Below are positions 15,650-29,816 of a stretch of DNA of 64,000 bases, piece after piece; the stretch's first letter is position 1; each line of letters begins with the position of its first letter. The translations under genes were made by a program, and so were the position numbers. The stretch covers positions 51,336,001-51,400,000 of the forward strand of contig OX597831.1 in NCBI GenBank assembly GCA_951406725.2, given 5' to 3'. The notes below the pieces were generated by a model that did not search any database, was not told the DNA's origin, and saw only the letters and a program-made list of their open reading frames with translations. This DNA is from Octopus vulgaris (Eukaryota).

Positions 15650-16727
15650 AATCAGAAGAGAAATTTAAAATTGCAACAAGAACTTTATAATAAAACAAAA
15701 CAAATTAGGACCCTTACTTTGGTTTAGTGGATCGATCAACAATAGGTTTAGGTTTACTTTTCCCATCATTTTCAATAAGCTGTGAAATATCTGGGGATGA
15801 GTGTGAACGTTTTAAGCCAGTATTCGATAATGGTGATTCATCTTTCAACTTGACTTTGTAAACCATTTCTTTTGCTGCAATTACAGACAGAATAAAACAA
15901 CTGAACAATTGGCCATGAATAATTAAAATAAGTTAAGAGAAAATGAAAAAAAAAAAAATAAACCTTAAAATTAATTAGATTTTTAAAAATGAACTTCTTC
16001 ATCATTCTAATTTTTGAATACAATCAAAGTTTGTTTAGTTTTACACTGTTGGTGGAATCTGCAGTAACTTGGGAAATGTAGTTAGAAATTCTTCAAGCTG
16101 CTCAGTTAAGAAAATAGTTTACTTTCTACTTCATTTATATATCAACAAAAACATTTTTTTAATGCTTTCATGTAAAAATGGAATATTAATACATATTTAT
16201 ATCATTAAGCAATATGACTGGCAGACACCCATAATATTATTAACCATCTTACTAACGATAACTCTGAGCACCTTTTCAAACTCCACCTGTCTAACACCCG
16301 TGGACATGTTTACAAAGTCAGAAAACAGCACGGCTCCCATGACTTTAGGAAACATTTTTTCATGCTAAGAGGTGTTGGAGCATGGAACAAACTGCCGGCA
16401 TCAGTTGTTAGTTGTCGGAGCACTGCATCCTTCAAAACTTCCATGCTTCCTGAGATTTGCCAACACTACACCTGATTTTCTCCCCTCCATACACATGCAA
16501 GAATGTATCTGACTCATACACTGTTCACTTCCCAGACATTTGTACATTAATGCATATGCTTTATACACACTTTTGACAAGTTGTGGTGCACCTGAGCACT
16601 GTATACAATAATTTCGCCGCCGAAGCCATCATCATCATCATTATTATAGGATACAGCATATGACTGGCCAGAATGTTACCATCAGTTTCACACTGAGTAT
16701 TAAACAATACTGATGACTTCTGGCCAA

Positions 16728-16758
<31 letters not shown>

Positions 16759-19700
16759 TCTCTGTATATGTAATTCTAAAATAAGTGTACTCTTCTTATC
16801 GCATTTATCATTACACTTATTGCACAGCTGTTGGTGAACAAGGCATATAAGAAGCATATAGCAAACTAAGAAAAGTTGAGAGAGAAATTTTGTTGCTGGT
16901 ACTTGGGAAAATCTTTGTTATTCTTGATTAAAAACAAAACTAACTTTTATAAAGAATTTGTATAGCTATCTTGATTATTGTAATGATGAAAGGCAAAGCG
17001 AACACCAGCACAATTTAATCTCTTAGAAGTGAAGCACTATACTATACAAAGAAAAGCGATCACTTCAACATTATCAACCATCTCCAATAATATTATAGAC
17101 ATAAATAGTTTACTTTCCCTATTTAAAAACCTAGTTTGTTGGTCAGGTCTTTAACAAATTAATTTAACCCTAGAACATATATGAAACTTATTTTATTGGA
17201 CTCAAAGAGATACAGGCTAAAATCAGTCTTGTCTGGATTTAAATTTATAATTTTAAAGCATGAAATTAAATAAGTGAAATTATTTAGATTAATGTTTTGT
17301 TGTTTCAGCCAACTTACCATCCTATTGTTTGGAGTAAATATTGTAAAAAAAAATATTCAGTTTGTCTGTAATATAATGGTACATACATAACAGGAAGAGT
17401 AAATGTGAAAAATAAACAAAGACCAAGAAATATGAAGTGTACTGACCTAGAGTTTCTGAACCTTGTCCTAAATTTATTTGTGGAGGGTTCCATTGGTTTT
17501 TACCCGAAGGAGGATGGATGTAGTAATACCTGTTTGTAGTTGAGTCTAGGCGTTTCTCCCAGTTAAGAGGCAATGTTGGTGATGGAATTAATTTTGATTT
17601 ACTACCTTCTGCACAAATAGAAATTTAGAAGTTTTCAATCAATAACTTGAGAAAATTCATTGTAGACAACAACTTGTTCACATATTAGTAATCAATTCAA
17701 CACAGCCAGGGTTCCAAAATAAAGAGCTGGTCCATAAATCAACGATCTGTTCTTAATTATACAACATCACAATGTGAATCAGTGATCTGCTATCCCTAGG
17801 AATACGAGGGGGTGCTGAAAAGTTCCTGGCCTTAAGGGTATCACCAAAACTTAGTTGGAGGCCCAACCTTCCGAGTTCTTTTATAGGGCTTAGAAAAACT
17901 GAATGACCACTGCAATAAATGTGTGAATCTAAGAGGGGAATATGTTGAGTAAAATCATAATTAACTGATCCTCCTGTATTTTCTTCTACCTAAAGCCAGG
18001 AACTTTTCAGCACCCCTTTGTACTCCTTGAGCACATGATGAAAAATAAGAGCTCCATGAAAGTTAATGTTATAATAAATTAAATATACAAAGATCATTGT
18101 ATAAGCAGAAAATTCACCACATTGCATATAATACTTCACAATATGTAGCACAGTCTACTACACAGGATATACCTGTTCGGCATTGATAGTATATTCAGTT
18201 AAAACTACTTGATTCTAAAATCCATTAGTATTATAAGGCAGAAAAGTGTATCCTGGATATATAAAATTATGACTTATACCTATGAAATATGATAATAAAA
18301 CTACATTAGGATTAACAATTTAACCTATGTTACCTCATATTAATAAGGATACAAAACAAAACAAAAAAAAGAATAAATAAGTGTCCCCTCCCCCCAATCC
18401 TCATCATCTTCACTCTCTTTTATAGTACGAAAATAATAAATTTAGACTTACTATCTGACACAAGTAAATATGAACCAAATGAATTCATAAAAAAAAATAA
18501 CTTAATTTGAAGTTTATCTTGGTTTACAGATATCAAGTCCGGGAGCCACATTTACTTTCACTATAATCTAAGCTTTCTCTCAAGCAAAGTACTGTCCTTG
18601 TTTCTACTTAAAGAGATCAGTACTGTTATTATTTTATTGCTCAACATTTCTGCAAATTTTAAACCATTTCCACAAATCGTTTGTTTATTAATATATTTAG
18701 TCAGCAGAAATTGTAGGTTTTCAGCAGAGTAGATTTTCAGACGTTAACCCTTTAGCATTTAAACTGGTGATATCTGGGCCAAATGTTCCACCAATTTTAT
18801 GTTCAAACTGACTAGATCCAACCTCTTCCACCTATTCTAAACTATCACTCTAAAAATAAACAATCACATCATCGAAATTTCAAAGCTATGAGATGATGTA
18901 TGAGTAATTCAAAACAATGTGAACAAATAAGCATTACATTTGACAGAATAGTCTGAATGATAAAGGGTTTTAAACACAGGACTCACATACTCAATAAATG
19001 GAACTTATCACACATTTCGTTAATATAAAATAAACAAAGAAACTAATGAAGAAGCTTTTATGTGATTTTTCACCAGCTGAAAAAGAACCGAATTTCTTTC
19101 AAATCACACCTTACTCATAAAAATAAAAGACGCACTGAGTAATGTAGCTTAAAATTTTTTTTTTTTTTTTTTTTAAATGGGATGATCATGGATAGAATGC
19201 TTTTGATCATGGGTCTGCTGGTTCAAAACTGACCTGAGCATAAATAACAAAGCTAATGAAAGTAAAAAATAAAATATAATAAAGAAGTAGTGGGAAAACA
19301 GACCTTACCTTTCATTCGTTTAACTTTTTCCTCAGCCTCCTTTAAGGCCTTTTGTTCCATTGAAAGTTTTTCAGGTGTTTCATTAAGATGCTGACCATTA
19401 ACTTTGGCTTTAAGTAACACAGGAGAGCCTGATTCATCTTTGTTTTTCTCTTTCTGAATTTGGTCAGTTTTAGCCTTCTCCACCTGGTATCTATCTTTCT
19501 TCATTGAATCACCGAGAATCTCTTTGTTACTTTTAATACTGCTTGGAGGTTTGCTGGGCAGTGGTTTGTTGTAAACCAGGTTGGCATAGGAAGGACCGTC
19601 AGTCTTGTAATGTAAAAGTAAAAGAGTGAAAAGATCTATTGGAAGCAGTTAAATTTACTTGATTAAATTCTTACTTCCGTATTTTTTTTAAATGGAGTTT

Positions 19701-20919
19701 GTAGAAAATTAATACTTAATGAAGGCTTGTCTGTGCATGTGTTTATGCATCTATGCATGTATGTATCTGCAAGCACTTACTATGTTTATGCATATATTTT
19801 TTTGGAACTGGATCTTGAAGCATATATAGAGCTATAAATAATAGCATGTAAATATTGCATTGTAAAACCTTTTGGATAGAAAAAGCCAAAGGCTGCCTGT
19901 GTGACATAAGCCCGCATCTCCTGTAGATATGTAGACATGGGAAGTTTTTGATAAGTTTTTAATACCAGAGGAAGAATTCAGTTGGAAACAAAGTATAAAG
20001 GAACTTGCTTTCAGAGGGAAAGGCAGATTGTATGATGCTTGTGTAAGAAGTGCATTGCTGTTGCATGGTAGCTAAAGAGGGACACTGAATGAGGGGGATG
20101 TGCAAGGGCAAAAAAGAAATAAAGTGAGCATGACCCGTTGAATGTGTAATGTCAGTTTGCATAAACAACAGACTGTGAATAGACTGAAAGAAAAACTGGG
20201 TAGACCATAAAAATGGTGTTGTGTGTAAAAGGGAAGATTATGCTGGGGTGAACATGCGATGCACATGGAAGACAACAGTTCGGTTAAGAAGTGCTTAATG
20301 ATCCAAATGGAATAAAACCAGAAGAAGAACAACAACATTAAGGGAAATGTAATGAAATCTGATCACTGGGTTGTTTTTATATGAGTCACTGGCACTGGCT
20401 ATGATTATAATTCACTTAGCTTGATATGTCTTCTCAAGAACAGCAAATCACCAGAAATCTCAGTCACCTGTCATTACTGCCATGAGGCACAACAACCAAA
20501 GATCATATTTCAACACTTTGTCCCACATTTTCCTCGGACTACCCCTTCCACAGGTTCCCTCCACAATTAGAGATGGACACTTCTTTACACAGCAATTCAC
20601 ATCCGTACATATCACATGACCATACCAGCATAGTCTTATCTCTTGCACACTACATCTGATGCCTCTTATACCCAATTTTTCTCTTAAAACACTTACACTC
20701 TGTCACACATGCACAATGATTACTGCACATCTAGTGGAGCATGGTGGTTTCATCATCATCATCATCATCATCGTTTAACGTCCGTTCTCCATGCTAGCAT
20801 GGGTTGGACGGTTCGACCGGGGTTCTGGGAAGCCAGAAGGCTGCACCAGGCTCCAGTCTAATCTGGCAATGTTTCTACAGCTGGATGCCCTTCCTAACGC
20901 CAACCACTCCGTGAGTGTA

Positions 20920-20960
<41 letters not shown>

Positions 20961-21077
20961 CAGGATGATCCGGTTCTTGACTGAAGATTGAAGGCATCGA
21001 ATGTCCCATCCGTGTTTTTTGTATCGTCTTCTAAATGTTTTGCGTTCTTGTTCCAGTTTGTATTTTTTTATACATAC

Positions 21078-21128
<51 letters not shown>

Positions 21129-21501
21129 CATAGGAGTGGCTGTGTGGTAAGTAGCTTGCTTTACCAACCACATGGTTCCAGGGTCAGTCCCACTGCGTAG
21201 CACCTTGGGCAGGTGTCTTCTACAATAGCTTCGGGCTATTTGGTAGACGGATTTGGTAGACGGAAATTGAAAGAAGTCCATCGTATATATGTATATATGT
21301 ATGTGTGTGTGTGTATGTTTGTGTGTCTGTGTTTGTCCCCACAACATCGCTTGACAACCGATGCTGGTGTGTTTACGTCCCCGTATCTTAGCAGTTCGGC
21401 AAAAGAGACCAATAGAATAAGTCCTGGGGTTGATTTGCTTGACTAAAGGTGGTGCTCCAGCATGGCCACAGTCAAATGACTGAAACAAGTAAAAGAGTAA
21501 A

Positions 21502-21539
<38 letters not shown>

Positions 21540-21822
21540 GTTCATTGTTTGTTCATCACAGTATATCACTGACGTGATGAGGATAACTTGGAAGATTTGG
21601 CTGTCTCATGGTAGAAATGGCTGTAAGAGTTTAGTATTTGTACACTCATCTATTATTCATTTATTTCTATATATATATATCTATATCTGTTTATGTATTT
21701 ATTGACTTATTTTGTTCGTTTACTTGAATCACACATATGTTTGTAATCAATTAATAAATATATATTATTGAATGTTTACTGGTTGATGCTTGTCGATTGT
21801 TTATCCTCTCCATTTTCTTATT

Positions 21823-21861
<39 letters not shown>

Positions 21862-24800
21862 TGCATGCATATAAACATACGTCTATCTATGTATCCAGAC
21901 AGACAGACATATAGATGTGTGTGCGTACGCAAACATGTATACGGAAAAGTAATCATCAAAATTAAGTAAAATATATGACTCCATCAGCTCCATGCTTGAT
22001 TGGTGATGATAAAAATATTTATAATGATAAACTACAAAACAATAATCATAAAATGATAATGGCAATATTTGATATCAAAAAAAAAAAAAAAATAGAAGTC
22101 CAACACTGTACTTACTGACTTTTAAATAACCCGATTTAACAAATGACAAAAGAGTTCAACCCAGCATCAAGTGAATTTTATCAGACCAGGCATTAAACCA
22201 AAGAGAAGTAGAGGACATTACAATCACAGCCATAGAAATAACAGTCACCTGTGTTTCATTAACAACAAAACACAGATCTGCGTTACATTATAACACACAA
22301 CCTGATCACCTGTATTTCCTGCCATCAACCAGATCACCTGTATTTCTTAATTTAACTGCTGTGACACCACATGTGAAAACGATCAAATCTATCATTCTTC
22401 TCTTTGAAAAGGTTAAAATTTTAGCCGCAACATTCAGATTCAAGTGTAAATATATTTACACTTATCTTTTACAGTTTTTATATAAACAATGAAGTAACAC
22501 AAAAGTCACATGCAAAATCTACAGAATAATAGTAATAGTAATAATAATACTATTCAGGTGTAATAATGAGGTATAACATTAAGATAAAGCAAAAATTTTT
22601 AAAAAAAGATTCAAGTGCTAAAAAGATTAGAGTCACAAAATGAAGATAATATACAATATACTTTATGCTGATAAGAAAAAGCCAGTCATCAGTCAATTTA
22701 ATGTACAGGTAAGATACAACCAACACCAAATTTTGAGGCACCCAGAAGGATTTCTAGATCGTTAATGAAAATTTTAATTTCATTTACTACTACTACTACA
22801 ATGATGCCGACGACAACAAGCATGTGATAAAGTTTCAAATTAATAGCACGAAATTGAATAACTGAGTAGGGAAACTGCCACTCAAAACCATTTTATACAA
22901 CTGTGAAAATGCCGCAGAGCAAAAGTAAACTTGTGAGGAGTTAAGTTTGTCAATGAGCATATTATTTTTTTTTTCTGGAATGGAAAAAAAAAACTTTGCT
23001 TTTCTCATCAGATTTTTAATTCAGTAATCACAAGCCAAGCAGGAAAGTATGTATGTGGTTGATCAATTGGATAGAAATAGCAGCCAAATTTCTCTGAAAT
23101 CAGATCCTACCTTCTTTAAAAAAAAAAAGAAAAAAGACATATTTGATACTGTTGTCCTAGATATATAAACAATTAGAGTACTAGGGTGTCAAATTTCTAA
23201 CGCTATTCTTCTAACAGAAGTAAAATATGCTAATGACGTAGTTTATCTAAATAGATGCAGGACATTTATACATGATACAAATGATAGCTCCCTAGATTTT
23301 TGTAAATGTTTCTGTCATGTAAAAGGTAGCATGCAGATGGGGTTGATAAATATTAGTATCAATCTAAGTCATAACAAGAACTGAAGGCAACTTAAAATAT
23401 TGGACACCCGGCTGGTAATGTTTATTCAAAGGAAAAACTGACAGTCACAATACTAAAATCTTTGTGCGCTCTATGATATAGTGTACATTCATTGGGATCT
23501 ATTTAGCCCATTTTCATATAATCTACCCTTTAATAGCTCGCCATCTCAGCATATAGTATGAATAATGTAGTCTTGTTGTAAACAACACTATACTCTTTTA
23601 CTCTCTTTTATGCTTTTACTTGTTTCAGTCATTTGACTGTGGCCATGCTGGAGCACTGCCTTTAGTCAAGCAAATCGACCCCAGGACTTATTCTTTGTAA
23701 GCCTAGTACTTATTCTATCAGTCTCTTTTGCCGAACCACTAAGTTACGGGGACATAAACACACCACCATCGATTGTCAAGCAATGGTGGGGGGGGGGACA
23801 AACACAGACACACAAACACATACACACATACATATATATATATACATACGACGGGCTTCTTTCAGTTCCCGTCTACCAAATCCACTCATAAGACTTTGAT
23901 CAGCCTGAGGCTATAGTAGAAGACACTTGCCCAAGGTGCCACGCAGTGGGAATGAACCTGGAACCATGTGGTTCATAAGCAAGCTACTTACCACACAGCC
24001 ACTCCTATATATTGCATTATATTAACAGCCTTATATTAATTTAACATAAGCATCATGAAAATCAATATTAAAGAAAATATTTCTAGCAAAATCAATGAAA
24101 ATAATGATAAAGAATTGTTTAACCTGAAAATAATTTCTTTACTGGAATTTCCAAATTTTTCACCAGAATGCTAAAATTTCTTTACAAGTGAGGAAGGAGG
24201 AATTTCCCCCAAGTTAGCAAATTTTTCAAGTTTTTAACACTCAGAAAGGATATTAGATCCCTGCTTAACATTACCATCGTTCTGCATTAATTCTAGATAA
24301 TGACACAACTTTCACTGTAGTTGCCAAGAAACTCAGGAAAATAATCAAAAAGAATAAATAAATAAATAAATGACAGGCTGATTTGTTGATTTAATAGAAT
24401 TTACTTGTAAACATGACAGTGCTAATTTTATTATTTTCACTGCATTCAAGTACTGGGGTTGATTTTTCAAACTAACCCCTCTCCCAAATCTCTAGTCTTC
24501 TCCCTATGTTAGAAACTATTATTTTGGCTTCTATGATTAAGGATAAAAGATGGCAGAATCTGCAGAGTGGCAGATAAAATGCTTTGTGGTCCATCAGGTA
24601 GAGTGTTATCCTTCCATGTTAAATACTATTTTGATTAAATCAACAATACCCCTTCCCCAAAATGTGTGGTTTTATGCTTAAATTAGAGATAATCGTTACA
24701 ATTGTGGTTGACAGGGTCAAAAGAATGTCAGACAGTATAATAATAATAATAATAATAATTGTGTACAGTGCTCAGGTGCACTACAACTCATCTAAAGTGT

Positions 24801-25361
24801 ATATATAATCAGGTGTAGTTTCGGCGGATTTCAGAAAGCATGAGGGCCTTAAAGGATGCAGTGTCATGGCAGTCAACAACTGACGCAGGCAGTTTATTCC
24901 ATGCTTCAGCAACTCTGAGCGTGAAAAAATGTTTCCGAAAGTCATGGGAGCTGTGTTGTTTTCTGACTTTGTAGGCATGTCCATGTGTGTTAGACACATG
25001 GAGATCAAAAAGGTGTTCAGTGTTGTTGTTGGTGAGGTGGTTGATAACTTTGTGGGTGTTTACCAAGTCCGTCGCCAGACGCCGGAGCTTCAGTGAATCC
25101 ATGCCCAGGGAAACAAGGCGCTCAAATTACGTCCTTTTACATTCTGAGCACAAATTTTGACAGCATAGACTAATTTGTTTTTCATGCCTCTCGGATCAAT
25201 AAAATTAGTATTTGTGAAACGTTGGGCTCAATACAGTTAGTTATACTTTACTACAATATTTGTGCCAGGAATCATTATCAGAATTATATTTTCTTTCATT
25301 GTTACCTTCATCATAGCCAAACAGTTCTCATTTCTGTTTGGAACAAACTGGCTCATATCAC

Positions 25362-25428
<67 letters not shown>

Positions 25429-28400
25429 AATTATTGTATACAGTGCTCAGGTGCACCACAACTTGTCAGAAAGTGCGTATAAAGTATATGCAGTAATGTA
25501 CAAATGTCTGAAAAGCGAACAATGTAAGAGTCAGATACATGCTTGTGTGTGTATGGAGGGGAGAAAATCAGGTGTAGTGTTGCCGAATCTCAGAAAACAT
25601 GGAAGTTTTGAAGGATGCAGTGCTCCGACAACTAACAACTGATGCCGGCAGTTTGTTCCATGCTTCAACAACTCTCAGCGTGAAAAAATGTTTCCTAAAG
25701 TCATGGGAGCTGTGATGTCATCATTTACACCCAATAATCCCTCCCTGAAAAGATTTTACTTCTTAAGGCAGACACAGAAGGTGTAAGTTTTAAGCCTTGC
25801 TGTATCCATAACCTAATGTCTCCTGGGAAAAATAAATAATACTTTATTTAACTTGCTCCAGTCTATTTTGGCTGAAAACAGTTCTTGCTCCCACTTTTTA
25901 GTTTGTCTTAATGGGAACATCATCATCATCATTTAACATTCATTTTCTATGCTGGCTTGGGCTGGCATGGCCAAGGGTTGCATCAGGTTCCATAATCTGC
26001 TTTGGTTTGGTTTTTACAGCTGGATGCCCTTCCTAATGCCAACCACTCCACAGAGTGTAAGTAAACACTCCAATAATTAAGGTGTAATAACCAATTTTAT
26101 TATATCCCACAATAGTAAAAATTAAAAAAAAATAGTAATACTACTATTTTACTACTACTAGTGGTACAAGAAGTAGTACTAGTAGTAATAGTAATAACAA
26201 TAGTACAAATAAACAATTTTTTTAAATGGATGTAGATTTACATGATAGTTATATCATGTCATTGTTGTTTAGCACCCAGATTAGTATTCAAGAAAGCATA
26301 TAATCAAAAGGGTTCCAACTGTGACCATCCTGTTTTTCTGTATACCTGGAACTACAATTTTCAGTACATCCACGCCATTTTAAAGACAATAGAGTGTAAT
26401 CTGAGGGAGAGTTGGTTACTGTTTCTACTAAGTCAAGCAACCAGGTGACTATTTCCATGTTAGCTCCGGTTATATAAGATTAACCCTTTAGCATTTAAAC
26501 CGGCCATATCCGGCCAAAAGTATTCCGCCTGTTTTATGGTCAAACTGGCCAGATCTGGCCTCTCACACCAACCCTACAATATCATTTTAAAATTTAACAG
26601 CTACCTCATCAAAATCTCATAGCTACAAGATAATGCATGATTAGTCCAAAACAATGTGGATAAAGAAACATTAATTTTGGCAGGATAATGCGAACACTAA
26701 AGGGTTAAGAACATCAGTTCCACTTCAACCACTAAAGTCAGACAATATGAAACCCAGCTGCTGTAGGTATATACTTTATTTACTTTGTGAGAGTTTCAGC
26801 TAATAAATCTAATAGTGTCACCTCTGACAGTAGACCATGTTATGATAACAACATTTAACTCATGCTCAGTTTGCCTGGTCTTAAATAAGTACCATAAATA
26901 TGCACAGCTACTCACTTTCAAGAAACAAATGCACTAATATTAATCTCAAGGCCAGCAATTTCGGGGTGGGAGGAATAAGTTGATTACATCCACCCCAGCA
27001 CTCAACTGGTACTTATTTTATCGACCCTGGTAGAATTTGAACTCAGAACATAAAGTGGATGAAATGCCACCAAACATTTTGCCTGGCATGCTAACCATTC
27101 TTCTAACTCACCACTTAATGCCAATGTATTGATATCAAAAAGCATCCTGTATATTTATTGTTCTGAATTTAAACCCTATTCATCTGGAAAAGATAATGGC
27201 TAGGAGTTTATATCAGACTCCTTCGGTCGTTCCAACCTGCTTTATAAGTGAATACAGGTCTTAGCTCCGGATATGGGATGCATGTAACTGCTGAACATCA
27301 GCTTTCTTTAGTTGATGAGAAATGTTAAGCCTGTCCTCCCAGGGAACTGCAAATTCAGCACTGATGATCACATTTGTACTCCCAAATAGCAAAAACATGT
27401 CTTATTAGAGTGATATTATTGCCACTGCCTCTGGAAAGGTAAATCTACCCTTCAAGTCCATTTGTATCTCCCTGCCTAAGGCTTTATAAAAAATAGAAAA
27501 CAGTTTCCCAATGGTTGTTTTCACCTTAGAAACCTAATTATCTTCCTTTAGGAATATGAAATCTTTGGATAGTGATAGCTATTGTTGTTGGCCTTAACTT
27601 TTTGCTGGTCCAACTACTTGACAATTTCTATGAGAATCTTTTTGTGCCCTCACTTGTATCTGATATTCACACAGGCATTAAACAGATATCTTACTGGTCT
27701 GTCAGGTTTTTTATGATGACATTTCATTGTATTTATATACAATGAATTGAACTGAAAAACAAAAATGGTAAAAAAAAATAAGTACCCTAAAACCGAACAC
27801 AGTGCCTATATATATATATATAGGCAAAGGTGTGGCTCAGAGTGGTAAGAAGCTTGCTTCCCAGCCACATGGTTCTGAGTTCAGTCCCACTGTGTGGTAC
27901 TTTGTGCAAAGTGTCTTCTACTATAGCCCCGGGATAACCAAAGCCATGTGAGTGGATTTGGTAAACAGAAACTGGTGGGTGTGTGTGTGTGTGTATGTGC
28001 GCATGCATGCGTGTATGTGTTTTTTGTTTGTCCTCCATCACTGCTTGACAACTGGTGTTAGTGTTTGCATCCCCATAAGATAGTAGTTCAGCAAAAGAGA
28101 CTGATACAATAAGTACTAGGCTTAAAAAAATAAGCCTGGGGTCGATTTGTTCAACTAAAACTTTCAAGATGGTGCTCCAGCATGACCGCAGTCAAATGAC
28201 TGAAACAAGTGAAAGAATATATATTTCTACATGTAGATGACTTGGGTGCAATGTTTCTTATTTTCAGAGTACTCAGAATTCTTCATCATCATCATTTAAT
28301 GTCCATTTTCTATGCTGGTATGAGTTGGACAGTTTGACCGGAGCTGACAAAGCCAGTGAGCACACCAGGCTCCATAGTCTGTTCTGGCATAATTTCTATG

Positions 28401-29784
28401 GCTGGATGCCTTTCCTAATGCCAACCACTTTACAGAGTGTACTGGGTGCTTTTTATGCAGCACGAGCACCAGTACTTTTAACATGGCATCAGCATGAGAG
28501 CTTTTTATGTGGCACCAGCATTGGTATCAATCTTGCCGTGACAGACAGGTCTTCTTGCTTAACCTTACTCTATCCTTCTCAGTACATCACTCTGCCATCA
28601 CCAAACACTAGTTACATATTAAATAATTACCTTAGGAGGTGCTTCAATAGTGCCTATTATTTTATTCTTGTCTTCTGGGATACTAACAGTTACCATTTTG
28701 TTTTCTTCATCCTTCAAAGATGGCAACCTAGAAGTAAAAAAAAAAGACAAATGAATAAATAAAAATGATGATTTTGATGATGATGGTGATGATTTTGGTA
28801 CAAGTCAATACTATCAACCCTAGTACTTGATTGGTACTTTAATTTATTGACTGCAGAGGAATGAAAGATAAAGTTCACTTCACTGCCTCATTCAGGAAAA
28901 ATATACAGGCTAAAAGTTGAAATGTTTATGACTCCTCTGAGATAACTTCTGAAGATACTGAAGGGTTTCCAACATTGCAATAACAATAACCACCATCAGA
29001 AGAGCTCACAGTATCTTTAAATAGCTCCTGTGGTTTCTGCATAGAGGACTGCCTCTCTGGTGATTTTTTCACCTGCAATCACATTAACCCAATGTACATA
29101 TCTTAGCAATTCTCAGAGAATTGAAAGTCAATGCCAGCAGAATTTGAGAAAGAAACCATCATCATCATCATCATCATCATCATTGTCACCAGGGCCGACA
29201 TGGGTTGGATGGTTTGACTGAGGTCTGGAAAGCCAACGGCTGCACCAGATTCCAATCTGATCTGGCAATGTTTCTACAGCTGGATGCCCTTCCTAATGCC
29301 AACCACTCCGATTAGTGTAGTGGGTGCTTTTTACATGCCACCAGCACAGGAGCCAGTCTGACAGCCCTGGTGTCGATCCCGTTCATATAGAGCTTTTTAC
29401 GTGCCACTGGCACGGGAGCCAGTCAGGGGGCACTGGCATAAGCCATGTTCGGATGGTGCTTTTTAGGTGCCACCGGCACGGGGGCCAGTCAGATGGCCCT
29501 GGCATCAAACAAAATACTGCAAGGCTCTTAATCTAAAGTCTACCTGTTTCCAACATATACAACACCATAGTAATAACTGTTTCTAATTTAGGCACAAGGC
29601 CAGCAATTTTGAGGAGAGAGTATTTGACTGGTGCTCTACTTTTTTATTAACACTAGAAGGGTGATTGGCAAAAATGTCTTTGGAAAGATTTGAACTTCAA
29701 ATGTAGAGAGTCAAAACAACTACAAGACATTTCATCTGACATTCTGCGAATCCACCAACTTTATATTATTATTATTAGTATTAT

Positions 29785-29816
<32 letters not shown>

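Noticed and set aside
20775-21569. 264-aa ORF, the longest in the track
   Set aside because: Runs through SINE, (TA)n and RTE-tail repeats; no domain content
21560-21635. Possible Penelope-type minimal hammerhead remnant (GAAAUGGCUGUA)
   Set aside because: No intact CUGANGA box or stem I partner upstream
28926-29072. Exon-like 48-codon minus-strand frame ([14 protein letters not shown]...EES*) after a CAG
   Set aside because: No pyrimidine tract, and its phase 0 is incompatible with exon 8 (phase 2 gives an immediate TGA); no homology
29320-29505. Three roughly 65-bp tandem units (gctttttacgtgccac...agccagtc) superficially like a CRISPR array
   Set aside because: The whole unit is repeated with no unique spacers; internal tandem repeat of the RTE-associated element in a eukaryotic intron
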